Positions 21,201-33,976 of a stretch of DNA of 64,000 bases are shown piece after piece (position 1 is the first letter of the stretch; every line of letters begins with the position of its first letter). The DNA lies in the NCBI GenBank assembly GCA_976226885.1, contig OZ320314.1, forward strand, positions 63,240,001 to 63,304,000, in the 5' to 3' direction. Made by a program: the position numbers and the translations under genes. Source of the stretch: Iphione sp. A-MEVVRFRX5. Its lineage: Eukaryota. The notes under the pieces were generated by a model that ran no database searches, was not told where the DNA came from, and saw only the letters and a list, made by a program, of their open reading frames with translations.

Positions 21201-24200
21201 CATGAACTACCCGTGAAATGTGGTATTGACTTTGCACCAGAAGGTGGACACAGGTGTCTAGCCGAGATATAATCCAAGTGGTGCTGTGGTTGACTGCAAT
21301 ATCCATAGGCACTTTTGAAAGACAGCAACAAAATGAGAAGAGAAACCCCCGAGACAAATGGAAACGGACCAATCAACCAAAGAGGGGGACAGGAGGGCAA
21401 CTAGACATGTACCTATGTCCACTTTCTGGTACAAAGTCAAGACCACATTTCACTAGTAAGTTCATGCTCATCTGCTAAGATTTCAGAGGTGGACACAGGT
21501 GTTTACCTGAGACTTCAAAGCCATAAGGCTTTGATGAAGAAAGAACGGCCAATTGCTGAATGTCCTTCAAGTAAAAAAAAACTTGAGGTATTTGCATAAC
21601 TCTATTCATAATTTCTTGTGAAGGTATACCTATCTTAGCTATTTCATAAGAAGAGGCAGGCCTAGTAGAATGAGCAGAAAAGATCTGAGTATCAATTACA
21701 GCAAAAAACATCACTTCCTCAGTCCACCTAAACAGAGAAGATGAAGAAACAAATTTTTAACAGAATCATCCTCTTGATTACCCCTGAGAGATGCAGTCCT
21801 ATCAATATATTCCTAAAGATATTTAGCCACACAAATACCTGCGGCTGAGCCTCAAAAGGGAGCAATTTCATCTTAGACGTACATCTGTCCTTGCTAAACT
21901 GCTTAAGAGTCGAAAGAAGAACCCTGTCCTGGTGATAGGTGAATTTATTAGTGCTTAAAAAATACTACTACACAGTCATAATACAATCTATTGTAAAAAC
22001 ATCTTATGTCCATTCCAAAACTCTGTGTAACCTCACCTAATATATTTCTCATTGGCCTGCTGAGAGAAGGGTCAAAACTGAAAGAACCAGTGATCAACCT
22101 ATGCCTCCCACAAAAACACAAAGGTGAGACCTAAATGTGGTTGCCAAGGGTAACCACTACACAACACACATATAAGGGGTGAAACATGCAACTGGCATTA
22201 GACACTCGGTTGCCAACAGAAGAAGGCAGCAAGTCCGCGTCTTAAATAATATTCTTGGTTAAAGATACAATGAAATGAATATTACAGATAGTCTGCATTC
22301 TGCCACTAGTGGCCAAAAGAAGAAGCATATTACACTTCAGTGTCAACTTCATAAGAGACCGAGATGACAAAGGCACCCAGAGCTTAAGATAATCTCAAGC
22401 TTTTGACACATCCTAAGTGTTGTCAACCCTAGCCACAGGAGGTCTAATCCTGAAAACAACAGTGAGTATCCTGATAACATCAGGATGCCCACCAAAGCCC
22501 CTCACATAAAGGAAGGATATCAGATAAAGCTTTTTGAAGGTGTTCAGAGCACTGTACATTATTCCCTTATTAAACAGGAAGGGGTTCAGAAGACCCCAAT
22601 CCTTCTAGAGATATAAAGCATTCCCCTTTTAAGATATGAATAAAAAAACAATCGATTCCACCTTTTAAGATAAGAATAAAAAAACAATCTAGTCTTAGGC
22701 CTCCAGAAGCATGCATTGGTTCTCATGAAAGTAGACAAATTCTTGTCAATAAAAACTGCAGTCAACAAAAAAGGCCATAATTTCGATAGCCCTAGATTTG
22801 AAGGAATGATTTAATGTGTTGAATTTTGACTTTTTGGACATAAGAAAAGGGACTGACAGGCTCTCTGTAGCAACCTGCTGAACCAGGCCCTGTGAGGCTA
22901 GGCAGGAACTGCTGCCAGAGCTGACTTTGGTTTGGCTTGGACAAATTTGGCAATACACCTAGGAATCAAAGAGAAAGGAGGATAATATATTCTTATTACT
23001 AATTGCTTATTATATTATTACTAAATAACTCTTTAATGTTAGCTTAACAGCCTTAATCTGTAGAACATTAATGTTGAGAGAACTTTCATCAGCTCTCTAC
23101 CTGCCACTAAAAGAGGAACCATAAAAAACACACCCCATCTGAATACAGAAGCATTAGCAGGTATTTCAAGTGAAAACTCCTGAGCAATCAAGAGCTTGCA
23201 AACCATAGGTAGATATGAAAACCACCACCTTAGATTCTCCTTTGTAGCTACAGACAAATTGATATCTCCATCATATTGAGGCTGTTCAGCTTGAAACACG
23301 GACCAGCGCTTACAGCCTTCCAAGGCCCTGAAATGATTTTAACTGTAAATAAAAGCCCTGCTAAGGTCAAAAATCTTGTGCAATTAGAAGCTACATTCCT
23401 AATGACATTGGCCTCTTGACTAAGAACAGATTTAATATGAAACGATACTTTAGTTACCCTAGAAGAAGTACAAGTGACTACTATATCAATTGAATGAATG
23501 GAATATCCTAGGAAGACAATTGATTGGAAAGGTTCTATTGAAGATTTCTTAAAGTTTATAAAGAACCCCAGAGGCTACAAAAGATGAACAGTTCTGGAAA
23601 AAATAGGGTACATTCCTGAGAATCCCTACCAATTTGATAATAAGATGATAATATCAACCTCCCTAAGATAGGCTAAAACAGGTGGCACAATTTTGGTGAA
23701 AATTCTAGGGGCTGACAAAGTAACACTATAGTGAAAAGCATTGCTCTGCTAAGCGAAAGAAAAATATTTTCTTTGCAAGAACCAAACAAGCATGGTGTGG
23801 TAGGCATTCATTAAATCCAATGATGCCATAAAACACCTTTCAGAAATTAAAGGAAGAATAGTTTCCAAATAGTTTTCACAAGACACTTGTGAGAGATTAA
23901 GGGACAAGGTAGTACCCTTCCTTGATCTCAGTGACTCTTGAAGGAAGAGGGGAATACCGGTGCCGCCACCTGGAATTCTTGACTTAGAGCACTGGTGAAG
24001 ACTTAAAAAATATCTTTTTGGTACCTAAGCCCAGTGGTTCTTTAGGATTATATTAGATCTTTTTAGATGGAACAAGATCATTTAGTTCTTGCATAAATAC
24101 CTTAGTGTGAAATGTTAAAGTATCTTGCAAGAGCAAGTGTTCACAGAAAAGACCCAGATCCAAATAGACCTAGCTTGGTAATCCAGTATGTAACAAAGAT

Positions 24201-26410
24201 GACCATCATCTGTGATAATTTCCTTATTTCCTTGAAAGGAGTAGTGTGTGGGTAGATAGCAAAGTTTGTTGGATACAATGGGCTTGGAAAAGGCCAGCTG
24301 AGCTGCTGGAAGATAAGGTTGAGTGCAAAGTGAAGTGAGTTGAATACATTGAGTGTCGATCTGAGGAGCCCTAGGCTCCTTATATAAGCTTCTTGATGCC
24401 TATTTTTAACCCTGGGGCACCTTAGACCTTAAGGTTTAAGGTTTGTCTATTTCTAGAACCCAGTTTCTATTTTTAGGCCAAAATGCTATTTTTGATCGAA
24501 AATCTATTTTTAGCTGAAGACTATTTTTAGATGCAAATTCTATTTTTAGCCCAGGTATTTTTTAGACCAGGATCCATTTATAGAAAGAGTTATTTTTAAA
24601 CTGAGATATATTTTTAGTCCAGGTCCATTTTCAGCCTAGGATCTATTTTTAGAAAGGGCTATTTTTCAACTCGGATCTATATTTCGTCTGAACTCAGTTT
24701 ATAGGTCTTTGTCAGCATACCCCTTTCTAGCGTGGCACCTGGGGAATACCCTGTGGACAGCCAGATCTCAAGGAAGGTGGGTCCTAGGGTGCCCCCATCG
24801 GAGAGGGAAAGTCCTCCCCCAGTGGTGTTGCAGGGTTGTTTGAAAGGTTTGATAACTTTACCTACTACAGAAAAAACATCAGAAGAAGCAGGGTCTAGAA
24901 GAGAAACAGAATTAACTTTAAGCAGATTAGATAATTGCTCTTGAACAAAATGAAATTCCTTTTCAGAAAAATTGATGGGCCTAGGTCTAGTTGCTTGGCA
25001 GGGCAAGGGGTTGAGGTTCAAACAATAATAAGGGAGAGCTTGTAATACCTCAACATCAGTGGTCAAAACAGACTATTGGGTTCCAAACTCTACTAGATTT
25101 TTAGCCAAAAAGCTTACTCCCTGGCCATAGCTGGGCCTGAAGTTGAGCACTCTTCTGAGGAGGCTGCTGTTGGAGATATCCCCTGAGAATGCTGAAACTG
25201 CTGGAAGGGCATCTGATAGTGAAACTGTTCCTTAGGAGTTACTCTGGGTTGATAATGGAACGTACCCTCCCCTTACTCTGCAGGCTCTGAAGACTCTGCT
25301 ACAATGGCCCATTTAGTCTACAGACATCGGGAGCCTCAGAATTAGAAGGTCTCAGATGCCTGTTGCTGGTATTTGCAAGAAAGTCAGCTTGCAATGGCTA
25401 CAGACCTTCCACAGCTAGAGTGTTCACGCCCTCAGACAATTCCAGCCCAACCTTGCTTTCCGTGTCCATCAGAGCCTCAGATGACAGGGAGGCAATCTCT
25501 TCCCTCTCAGAAAGATTACTGTCATCTTCCTACTTCCAACTGGCCAACATAATTTGTTCAAGGAAAGCAAACCCTTCTTTCAGGTTTTGCAAAAGTGTTT
25601 GCATAAGGTGTTGCTGTGAGTTCAATAGGTGTCCTGTATTTTGCTTATAAATCATTAAATGTTTCTATAAGACTGCTGCCACTGTCAGCGGCTTTTGGCA
25701 AGAGCTGACGAAGCAGCAGAAACATGAGTAGATAACTTTGGCTGGCTCGCCAGACTCATACATGTTGAGTATACCTGAGGTTGTGACGAAGTATGGCTCA
25801 AGACAGTAGGGTATAAGGATCCTACAGACATATTTAGATGAGGAGGCGACTCTTGTGTATTTCTGAGCCGACTCGTGGAACAACACGAGGCTATCCTGGA
25901 CTAGACCAACTTGCGAGGATGATTGTGATATCAAATGGATCACCCCCCCTAGCAATTGCGTCATCTTAAACCCCAACAACGACCTGTTCAAGTTAGATAT
26001 TGAGGGGTAAATGATTTCAATTACCCACTCAATTCCGCAGATGCCACGGACCTGTGCGAACTGCTGGTCATACTGGTGACTTCATCAACTCTGGAACCCA
26101 TGAGCATGCTCATCAAGTCCATGAGGCAAAATAGATACAAAAGTCTCACCAAAACCTAAACCGACCTGAACAGAATCCACAACACGAAGATCAATTCCTT
26201 ATAATCAATGGGAATAATAGTAAAAGCATAAAGAGGTTTAAGGTATAGAAGGCAGACAGTGCCTAGGGTACATGTCTTACCAACGCGACAACTGTACTAA
26301 AAGTGCCTATGGGTAAAGCAGTCGACCGCAGTGCCACTTGGATTAGATCTCATGTAGACACCTGGTGTCCACCCTCTGGTACTAAAGTTTGCAGAACAAT
26401 TTAATATTCA
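21201..26410 (-). mobile_element. Degenerate DIRS1-type retrotransposon in the last intron of the DUF1647 gene
   Basis: Inverted terminal repeats (21229-21261 vs 26355-26388); internal complementary region 21401-21506; broken RT (FMASLDLMNAY, APRIFTK, INFKKS...FLG near 23450-23950), RNase H (LRWW near 23200), YR tail (FSAHSTR near 21680). Confidence 0.72.
24447..24684. repeat. Degenerate minisatellite of about 19-20 bp units with CTATTTTTAG core
   Basis: About a dozen visible recurrences of ctatttttag-like cores. Confidence 0.6.
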
Positions 26411-26760
26411 CGTCGTTTTATGATGAAAGTAGTTAAGATCGATAGTTCAATGAACCTGCATACTGTACAGTACTCGAAAATTACCACCTCCTCTATGTAT
26501 CGTACACGGATATGGCGAGCTCTGTAAAACTATAACTATATACTGAAATGGACGGGGTACTTTACCCTACACCAATTAGTATACATGTTTATCAGGGCCG
26601 TTCAAAATACCATGCCGAGCATATAAATTTCCAGGGCTGCGATTTGCTGATGTCTAAAACAAGTGTATCAATTTGTCTAAGTATGAAGAATATTTCACTT
26701 TTTAGAGGGCTACCCTTCAGGAGATACTAATGGAAAAACATCACTGCAAATCAGCTTCAC

Positions 26761-26865
26761 CAGAATCACTGCTGGTTTCCAGGCGTAAGTGGATAGCCTC
26801 CTGACGTGTACAGGATAGCGTGTGAAGTCGAAACGATGGTATGTAACATAGCACCAACTCTTAAC
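26761..26865 (-). CDS. Host DUF1647-family gene, coding exon 3 (35 codons)
   Basis: VKSWCYVTYHRFDFTRYPVHVRRLSTYAWKPAVIL; TACAG acceptor, GTGAAG donor; FDF..YP.HV..L..YAWKP is a DUF1647 motif. Confidence 0.85.
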
Positions 26866-27330
26866 CTGTAAGTCACGATTAAGATGCATTTTGTATGAAA
26901 GACGCATACGATATGAATACATAACAAAACCAAATGTGCAAACTCAGTATAAAGCATCAATATGGGATATAGTATATGCATACATCTATATAAAACGATG
27001 AAAAAGTGAAGATTATACTGCAGGTATAAATGACGTACAGTTTGACTAATGTCGATTATCTGTTTGTACAAACAAGCATCATTATAACGGCCTTCATGAT
27101 AACATATTCATTAGAATGATACTTTTTGAATTATCTGTTGCTATTAATATTGAATTTTAAGAGTCATAAATGAAATGTGGAAGTTGTACTTGGTGGTTTA
27201 ATGAAAATTAAAGTGCACGGTATTTCTACATACTTTCTACACATTTTCCAGTACGGGCAGATATTTTTGTAAGGTGATTTCTACATGGGCAGGCGTCTTA
27301 TCTATCACACCGAACATATCAGTTGTCTAC

Positions 27331-27660
27331 CTGCTTGACTTGCTGCTTACTGAGTCCGATATCGAAGACATGTATCGGCCTTGTTGGTAAGAACTTCTGC
27401 ATCGAGGCAACAGAATCCTTGGCCTCGAGAAAGTGGTTTCCACTGAAAGCTGTCACCAAGCTGCAGTTGAGGAACAGGTCGGAATGTCCTTGTGGGATGC
27501 TTGCTTGATCCAAATCCTGCAGCATTTTCTCTATATGGCAGGGCGTTGGCAGAGATTTTGTAGATTCGTTGTACTTCATATTGGTCAGGTTAAAAGGACA
27601 GACTGGAAGATCGGGCCCGTGAAGCCGATCCTCTAGACTTTGTACTATTCCACGCCAGTT
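27331..27660 (-). CDS. Host DUF1647-family gene, coding exon 2 (110 codons)
   Basis: Acceptor TTTTTGTTTCGGACAG, donor GTAGAC; LVTAFSGNHFLEA...IHVFDIGL motif. Confidence 0.82.
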
Positions 27661-28824
27661 CTGTCCGAAACAAAAACTTAATTACAACATGGGCAACTGC
27701 AATGGAACCTATCGGGGTCGGGTCATAGACAAACCAGGCTATACCCAACTCACGGCAAGACCAACTCATACCTTCCTCTCACATTTATGGTAATGTTAAG
27801 TTTTTAACATTCCTGACTGGTTCCCTCCAAAGTAAATTTATATGTGGCAAAGGTGTATTGGTTTATAGTTTCTAAAAAAAAGAGACTAACCTGGTGTAAA
27901 TATGTAATGACATGAATAGGTGATATAGATGAACTTCCCTGTTCCTAAATACTGAGCGCATGCAGGAATGATATAGTTTTCACTGTTCCACTTTATGTGT
28001 AATAGTTGGTCTTGCAGGTGAAAGCCCTTCACAAAACAATTTTTCTGATCCTATCTAATTTGAAAGAAACAAACTCTCACAGGAACTGAATAAATGTAGT
28101 GAGAAAGATGCAACACGACCCTGCATTGGAGTTGGAATTGATAGGTCCACTAAATGAGATTAGCCTTAACTCCCTACGTGTGTTTGTGAATGAATATGTA
28201 AACACGTGATTTGTATCAAGCAAATTTTACATATTGTCGCATGCGAAGTCCTTGTGTTGTACCTGGATATTATAAAGACATCTCATCTTATTTTTATTGA
28301 TCAAAAGACCTCTTCAATTACTTAGGGATTTATCAGCAAACGTTTTATCAGTAAACGAAGAATCATCTATGCAAAATTGCTTTTCTTCGGTTGACCTCTG
28401 CTACACTTATGGCAGTATAAGTTGTATTCACTGGCTTATGGCAGAACCGTCATATCCTATTTAAACTACAGTGAAAAACTAAATTATGGACAAGCCTTCT
28501 GTCAGAACAATCTACGATTTAGGACAGATTTGCAGCATTTCCGCAACCAGCTAACAAAAGATAGAGGCTGAGAAACTAAGAGAGAAAGGACGAGAGAAAA
28601 GGTGAAACAGGAGTACGAAGACTTAAGAGTTTAGAGAGGAGGGAAAGGAGGTGCCTCACACCGCCCCCCTCTCCCTTATAGCAAAGCGTTCATCACGTTA
28701 ACCTGTCCTCGGTTCCTGACATCCTCCGTTATTGGTCTAAAATTCTATGTCATTATCATTATATGTGATCGAAGGAACCTGAATATGAATCAACAACAAG
28801 CAACATAAGTGTATATGTGTTTAC

Positions 28825-28968
28825 CTGTATCACATGGCGGTGAAACATCTTCGTTGTTAAAACATAGAAGAATAGGACAGAGGCAGGTATTAGAAGTATG
28901 ATCCTCTGCTTCTTCTGACGAAAATTCATAAATAAGGGTTGGCAACAGAGATCTCCCTTAATCTTCAT
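28825..28968 (-). CDS. Host DUF1647-family gene, coding exon 1 with signal-anchor TM segment
   Basis: Basic cluster then IILLIPASVLFFYVL; donor CAG|GTAAAC in phase 0; ATG at 28968 or 28929. Confidence 0.68.
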
Positions 28969-29479
28969 TGTGGCATTAGTCTGAAAGTGAAAAAATACCA
29001 GTGTGATGAAATGTGAAGAAATATATTAAAATCATTATCTAATTCAGTTGTGCACGAACAATTCGGCATTCGTTTACATCGCTGTATAATCATATGCCAT
29101 ATTATTTCAGTAACAGCTAGCATTCTGTGCTCTTTGTCCTGAGCTACGTCTATCAGGGATGCTTAACCCTTGTTTACCTATAGCTTTAGGTATGCATTCT
29201 TAAAAGTTGTCCGCTAGTTTATCCACGTCGCCCGAGACCGAGAACGTTTATAACTAGCTAGTACATATGCTAATAACATTTATAAGCCATTTCAGTGTGT
29301 ATATTCATCGTATTATCATCCCAAACTTTCCAGTCGAGTCCTCAAGTGACCGCCATTTTAATTTTGCAAAACCAATGAAGTTTCAGCTAAGAATATGTAC
29401 CGGTGTGGTTGTCCACTGACAAACGCATGGGAAGAACAATCGTTTCTAGGAGACAATTCAAGGATATCACGCCAAGAGT

Positions 29480-29680
29480 GGTAGAACACAGGACTCCGTT
29501 TACCTTTGGCTATAGTAGACAAAGCCATAACATTGAACTATCAAGGGGCTCTCTCTGTTCCTATCATCCCCCCTGAGACTCGTTTTCCGCTTCTCTGACA
29601 AATTTTGGTCAGGACTTGGCCACGGTTCGAACCCAAGAGGTCTCTCCCCATACATAGTCTATGAACTGACCAGTGCTCGC
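29480..29680 (-). mobile_element. Possible degenerate tRNA-derived SINE
   Basis: Minus-strand A-box-like TGGTCAGTTCATAG followed by B-box GGGTTCGAACC; boundaries uncertain. Confidence 0.3.
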
Positions 29681-30941
29681 AAAACGTACCAAAAACTATA
29701 CACACTGGTTCGAGCATTAATTATATACTGTGTACAAATGCTTAAGATTTAACTATTGCTGGGTATATGTTGTACTATGGTTACACCTTTCACTTTTCAT
29801 TAAAATGTACTTCATAAATGCGTTTCCTGCCACATACAACACGAAGCCTCCCGCCGTTCGGACTGGCCTGAGTGGGAGCCCCATTTATTAAAACAGCATC
29901 AGCATAGCACGCACCTATCAGCATAGACAAGCACAAGCAGCAATGTACTGAGCTAAAGACAGCAAGAAAACCAAAAACTTTGAGCGACTGGTAGCTACTC
30001 AGCCCTGCAGTGATACCTAGCCCAGGGTGCTGCTCCCTGTGGTGTCTCATCAAGACAACAGGGGAGACCTCTAGGAGCTATGGCAGATTTATACAAGGAT
30101 AAATTAGTTTATGTCAGGGAAGACCCCCTGCCCCCCTTTGTTTCCAATATTAGCCAAACCTCCAGTGAAATCTGCCGTTTTTCATCAATGTGGGGGGAGA
30201 CACCCCCCCCCACTCTCTCTGTGTCATAGCATACAAAAGTGGCTAAAATGACTCCATACTTCACATGGACGATGAATGAAGTGCGAGGACATCACTATGC
30301 CTATATTTTCATTTTTAATGATGTGTAAAACTCTGTCCTCTTCTCAAAGTGAGCCATATTGCTCCTCTGCCTTATGGGTGCCCTTTGATTTTAATATCAA
30401 GTGGAATTTTGTTCTATTGTAAGTAATATGATAGAAGATGATACTACCCAAATGACAAATTTTAAAGTACTTTAAATGCTATTTACTTACTTTATAACCT
30501 CTTCCCTTCAATGATGGCAAAATCGATCATATCTGATCAATAATAGTGAGGAGCTCAGAGGTTAGATAATGTATTGATGGATTCTTTTAATTTGTTGCAT
30601 AAAAAAAACATCATATTATGATATGCTATCCACTGTCACCTGAATTTTTGTTAAGAGACACTGGAAAAGCAGTCACATGACCTATAAAAATTTCAAAATT
30701 GAGCAAGTTTACATATATGTTTGTAGACAAATTAACACAAAGATGTCTTAAAATCTTGAATAACATAATTAATCAGTGTATTATCAAAATATTACAGGGT
30801 TTATCCCTACAGCTTATCAGATGTGTTTTGTGAAGCATTAGAGGAAGCAATACTAAAAGTATAACTTATGATGTCTATAATCTTCTGCATTGAGACATAA
30901 AATTACATGTAATAATCCGATTTTTCTAATTTATATGATAA

Positions 30942-31391
30942 GGCCCAAAAAATAGGCGTGTTTCTGGTCATGACCAGCCAAATACCTAAGTAGGGAGGGG
31001 AGTATCTTTTCTTTAAAATTTTTTTCCTCCACTTTCTTTCTTTCTGATGAAGGCCACATTAGGCTGAAATGTCGAGTCTGCAAGATTGTACCAACATATG
31101 GATTATTAAAAACCAACTGGTCAGTTGAATCTGGATGGTGTGGTTTTTTGTGTTATTACTCCTATATACAATACGAAGAATTGCGACAAATTTGCATGGG
31201 TTTTACAGGTTTTTGCTGAATTTCCATGGATTTTGTTTTTCTACTGAATTTGCCAAAACATGTGCTGTGAAAACACATATCTAAGGAAACTCAGCCTTGG
31301 AAACTATTTGGAGCCAAAGAATTTTTATGTAGGGTGTGGTTTTACTAGGTAGGGGTGGGTGACCAGAAACACACTTATTTTTGTTTGGGCC
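30942..31391. mobile_element. Zator-like MITE
   Basis: TIRs GGCCCAAA...GTGTTTCTGGTCA at both ends; 3-bp TAA duplication (30939-30941, 31392-31394) fits the TWA target and GG termini of Zator. Confidence 0.65.
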
Positions 31392-32497
31392 TAAGGACTC
31401 TCTTTTGTCAATTTTTCCCATGAAAATGATGACGGAATTCATAGTTTGGTTGGTTAGGAGTCACATTTGATTAATACTCTTTAACCAATCATGATTATGT
31501 CCATTTTTCATGCATCCCATGATGCATCAAATCTGCATCAGTGATGCTAATGCACATGGTGATGCACTATTCTTGCATGAGACATGCATACTTATAGATT
31601 ATGACAAAATGTTTCTGATTGCTTGCAGAGACAAATTTGGTATCAAAACACTGCAAATTATCTGGTGAATACTTTCTTAATCGAACATTTTCTTCTAGTA
31701 TCAATATTTTTCAATGTCTGCCTGCCAGTCATGGAAATAAGAGTAAATAAGGGTATTTTTCTAAATCATATCATACATTAAATCCTGTCTTGTTGCCATG
31801 GCAATCCAAAATATGAATGATAATGTGTCCAAAATAACATGCCATTCAGGGGCTTTCACATGATATATAACATTATCAATCATCTTACTGAATTAAACCT
31901 TGCAGCTAAACTTGATAGATCAAACTACAGTTAGATATTACAGAAGCTCCATTTTATGTGGTCAGGAAGCAGATAAGACATTTGCATTGTCACATGGCAG
32001 TGCAGGTCATGAGATTTCTTGTTAGTCTTACTAACTCCCCCCAAAATGCCCTGAGTTAAGAGAGTTCTCATCACCGATCTCCTGGACAACCTGTCCAAAG
32101 GATTCCTTCAGACAGAACTATCATTCAAACAGAGCAAGCACACCACAGGCAATTCAATCGAAAGGTCATATTCATGACATTGAAATTCTCTTTGAGGAAG
32201 AAGCTGTTGCTGTGAGGGGCCAAGTGTTTTCCCAACAAGTGAAGGGATAATCCTCCTCACATCATAAAGGTGATGATAGAACATGATACAATTACCTACC
32301 CCAACTGTTCATGCAATGCATGGTGAGTTATGGATTATTTTTCGTTTTTGACTAACATTAATCAATGGAAATAATTTTAATCGGATATAGTATTTTATAT
32401 ATTAAAGGTATTACTATGAAATTAGTCATGTCAGTTATATGTTCATACTCGTGCATATTCCAAAAACCTGTTCATATTATTCCATTATATATCATTA

Positions 32498-32854
32498 CAG
32501 TTGAAACTCTATTTGCGACCATATCGATTTGCGACCATCCTCTATTTAAGACCACCTGTGATAGGAACAAAGATCTTCATTTCTATACACTTGATACTCT
32601 ATTTGTGACCAAATTTGCCAATGCGACCATTTGAGCTTGGTACCATGTGGTGGTCATAAATAGGGTCTCCACTCAGTTGAACCCTATTTGCGATGACCAC
32701 TCTGATCCAAGGTCAAATGGTTGCATTGGCAAATTTGGTCAAAAATAGGATATCAAATGTATAGAAAACAACATTTTGGTTCCCACCTCATGTGGTCACA
32801 AAATTAATAGGTATTGGTTGCAATTCGATATGGTCACAAATAGGGTTTTAACTG
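32498..32854. mobile_element. Tc1/mariner-type MITE, apparently a tandem dimer
   Basis: TA|CAGTTGAAACTCTATTTGCGACC ... GGTCACAAATAGGGTTTTAACTG|TA; a second TIR-TIR junction at about 32650-32700. Confidence 0.7.
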
Positions 32855-33976
32855 TACTTCATTTCTCTTCAGATTATTCAGAGAATGCTCTTGTACTTCC
32901 TTTGTTGTATGCACTGCAGGACTGGAAACTGGTTGGTCTCACTGAGGTGCTGGTGTGAGAAGCCTTTACGTCACATGTGCAGTAATGGGGGCACCCATGT
33001 GGTCCTAAGATTACACTTGGACCATCATTGGCAACTGTCTTTGTAAACCGATCCCTAAACAGTTTGAAAAGGAAGCCTTCAAAGGAAACATTGGTAGATG
33101 ATTGTTAAGATATTCGTTAATACATGTGGAAGTATGGTTCTGTGTAGTTGTAAGAATAATATCACTGATATAATGCAGTATGTAAGCAGGTCAAAAAGTT
33201 GTATTTATACGAGTAGGCATCATTGCAAGAATGTTCTTCCTCACCATAACCTATCATACCAAAGAAAAATATGTACTGAATTGTGCAGAACATCACCAAA
33301 AGGTAGTATAGATGATGTAGAAGATGATCAATAAAGTGCCCAGAAAGTTAACTGATATCTGCTTTTAACAGTGTAAAGATATGGAATAATCATATGTCTT
33401 TATTGATACAAACAATATTTCATCATAAGCACTGAGAGGACCCAAATAATCGATTATACCAAGCCTGTTAATTTTGGGTTACAAGTATCAGATTTGACAT
33501 CAGGTCCCCTACATATGATGGACAGCCCATACAGACTTCTTACACATGGCTGCACTTTGCTATATTGAGTAAATAATGAAATAATATACATATGTTAGTA
33601 ACCATTCTCAACAGTACTTCTAGATGAAACAACTTTGTTGTTTTCTGTACTATAAGTTTCTCAAATATGTTTTTTTAAATTTCTTTTAAACAGGATCCTG
33701 GCATCAGCCATTGGGCCGGTTTACAGCCAGGGCTGTACAAACGTTGTTTCACTAGTAATGTAAGCAGCTTTTCTATTGTCTAGCTAATATGGAGAGATCC
33801 TGTGGTAGCTCAGGCCTAGGTACGGTAAAATTATAATCAGATAATAAGACAGGATTATATAATCAAATCTGAAATTAAAAATATATAACATAGAGGGATC
33901 TATTAGACATGGTGTATTAAGAGGGTGTTGATGGTGTTCAGTGAATTGTGTTCAGGTTGAGTGTTTTGTTCTTCAA

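Noticed and set aside
33694-33760. Isolated plus-strand exon (acceptor TTTAAACAG, donor GTAAGC; DPGISHWAGLQPGLYKRCFTSN)
   Set aside because: No partner exons or recognisable homology found, so it cannot be supported as a gene.
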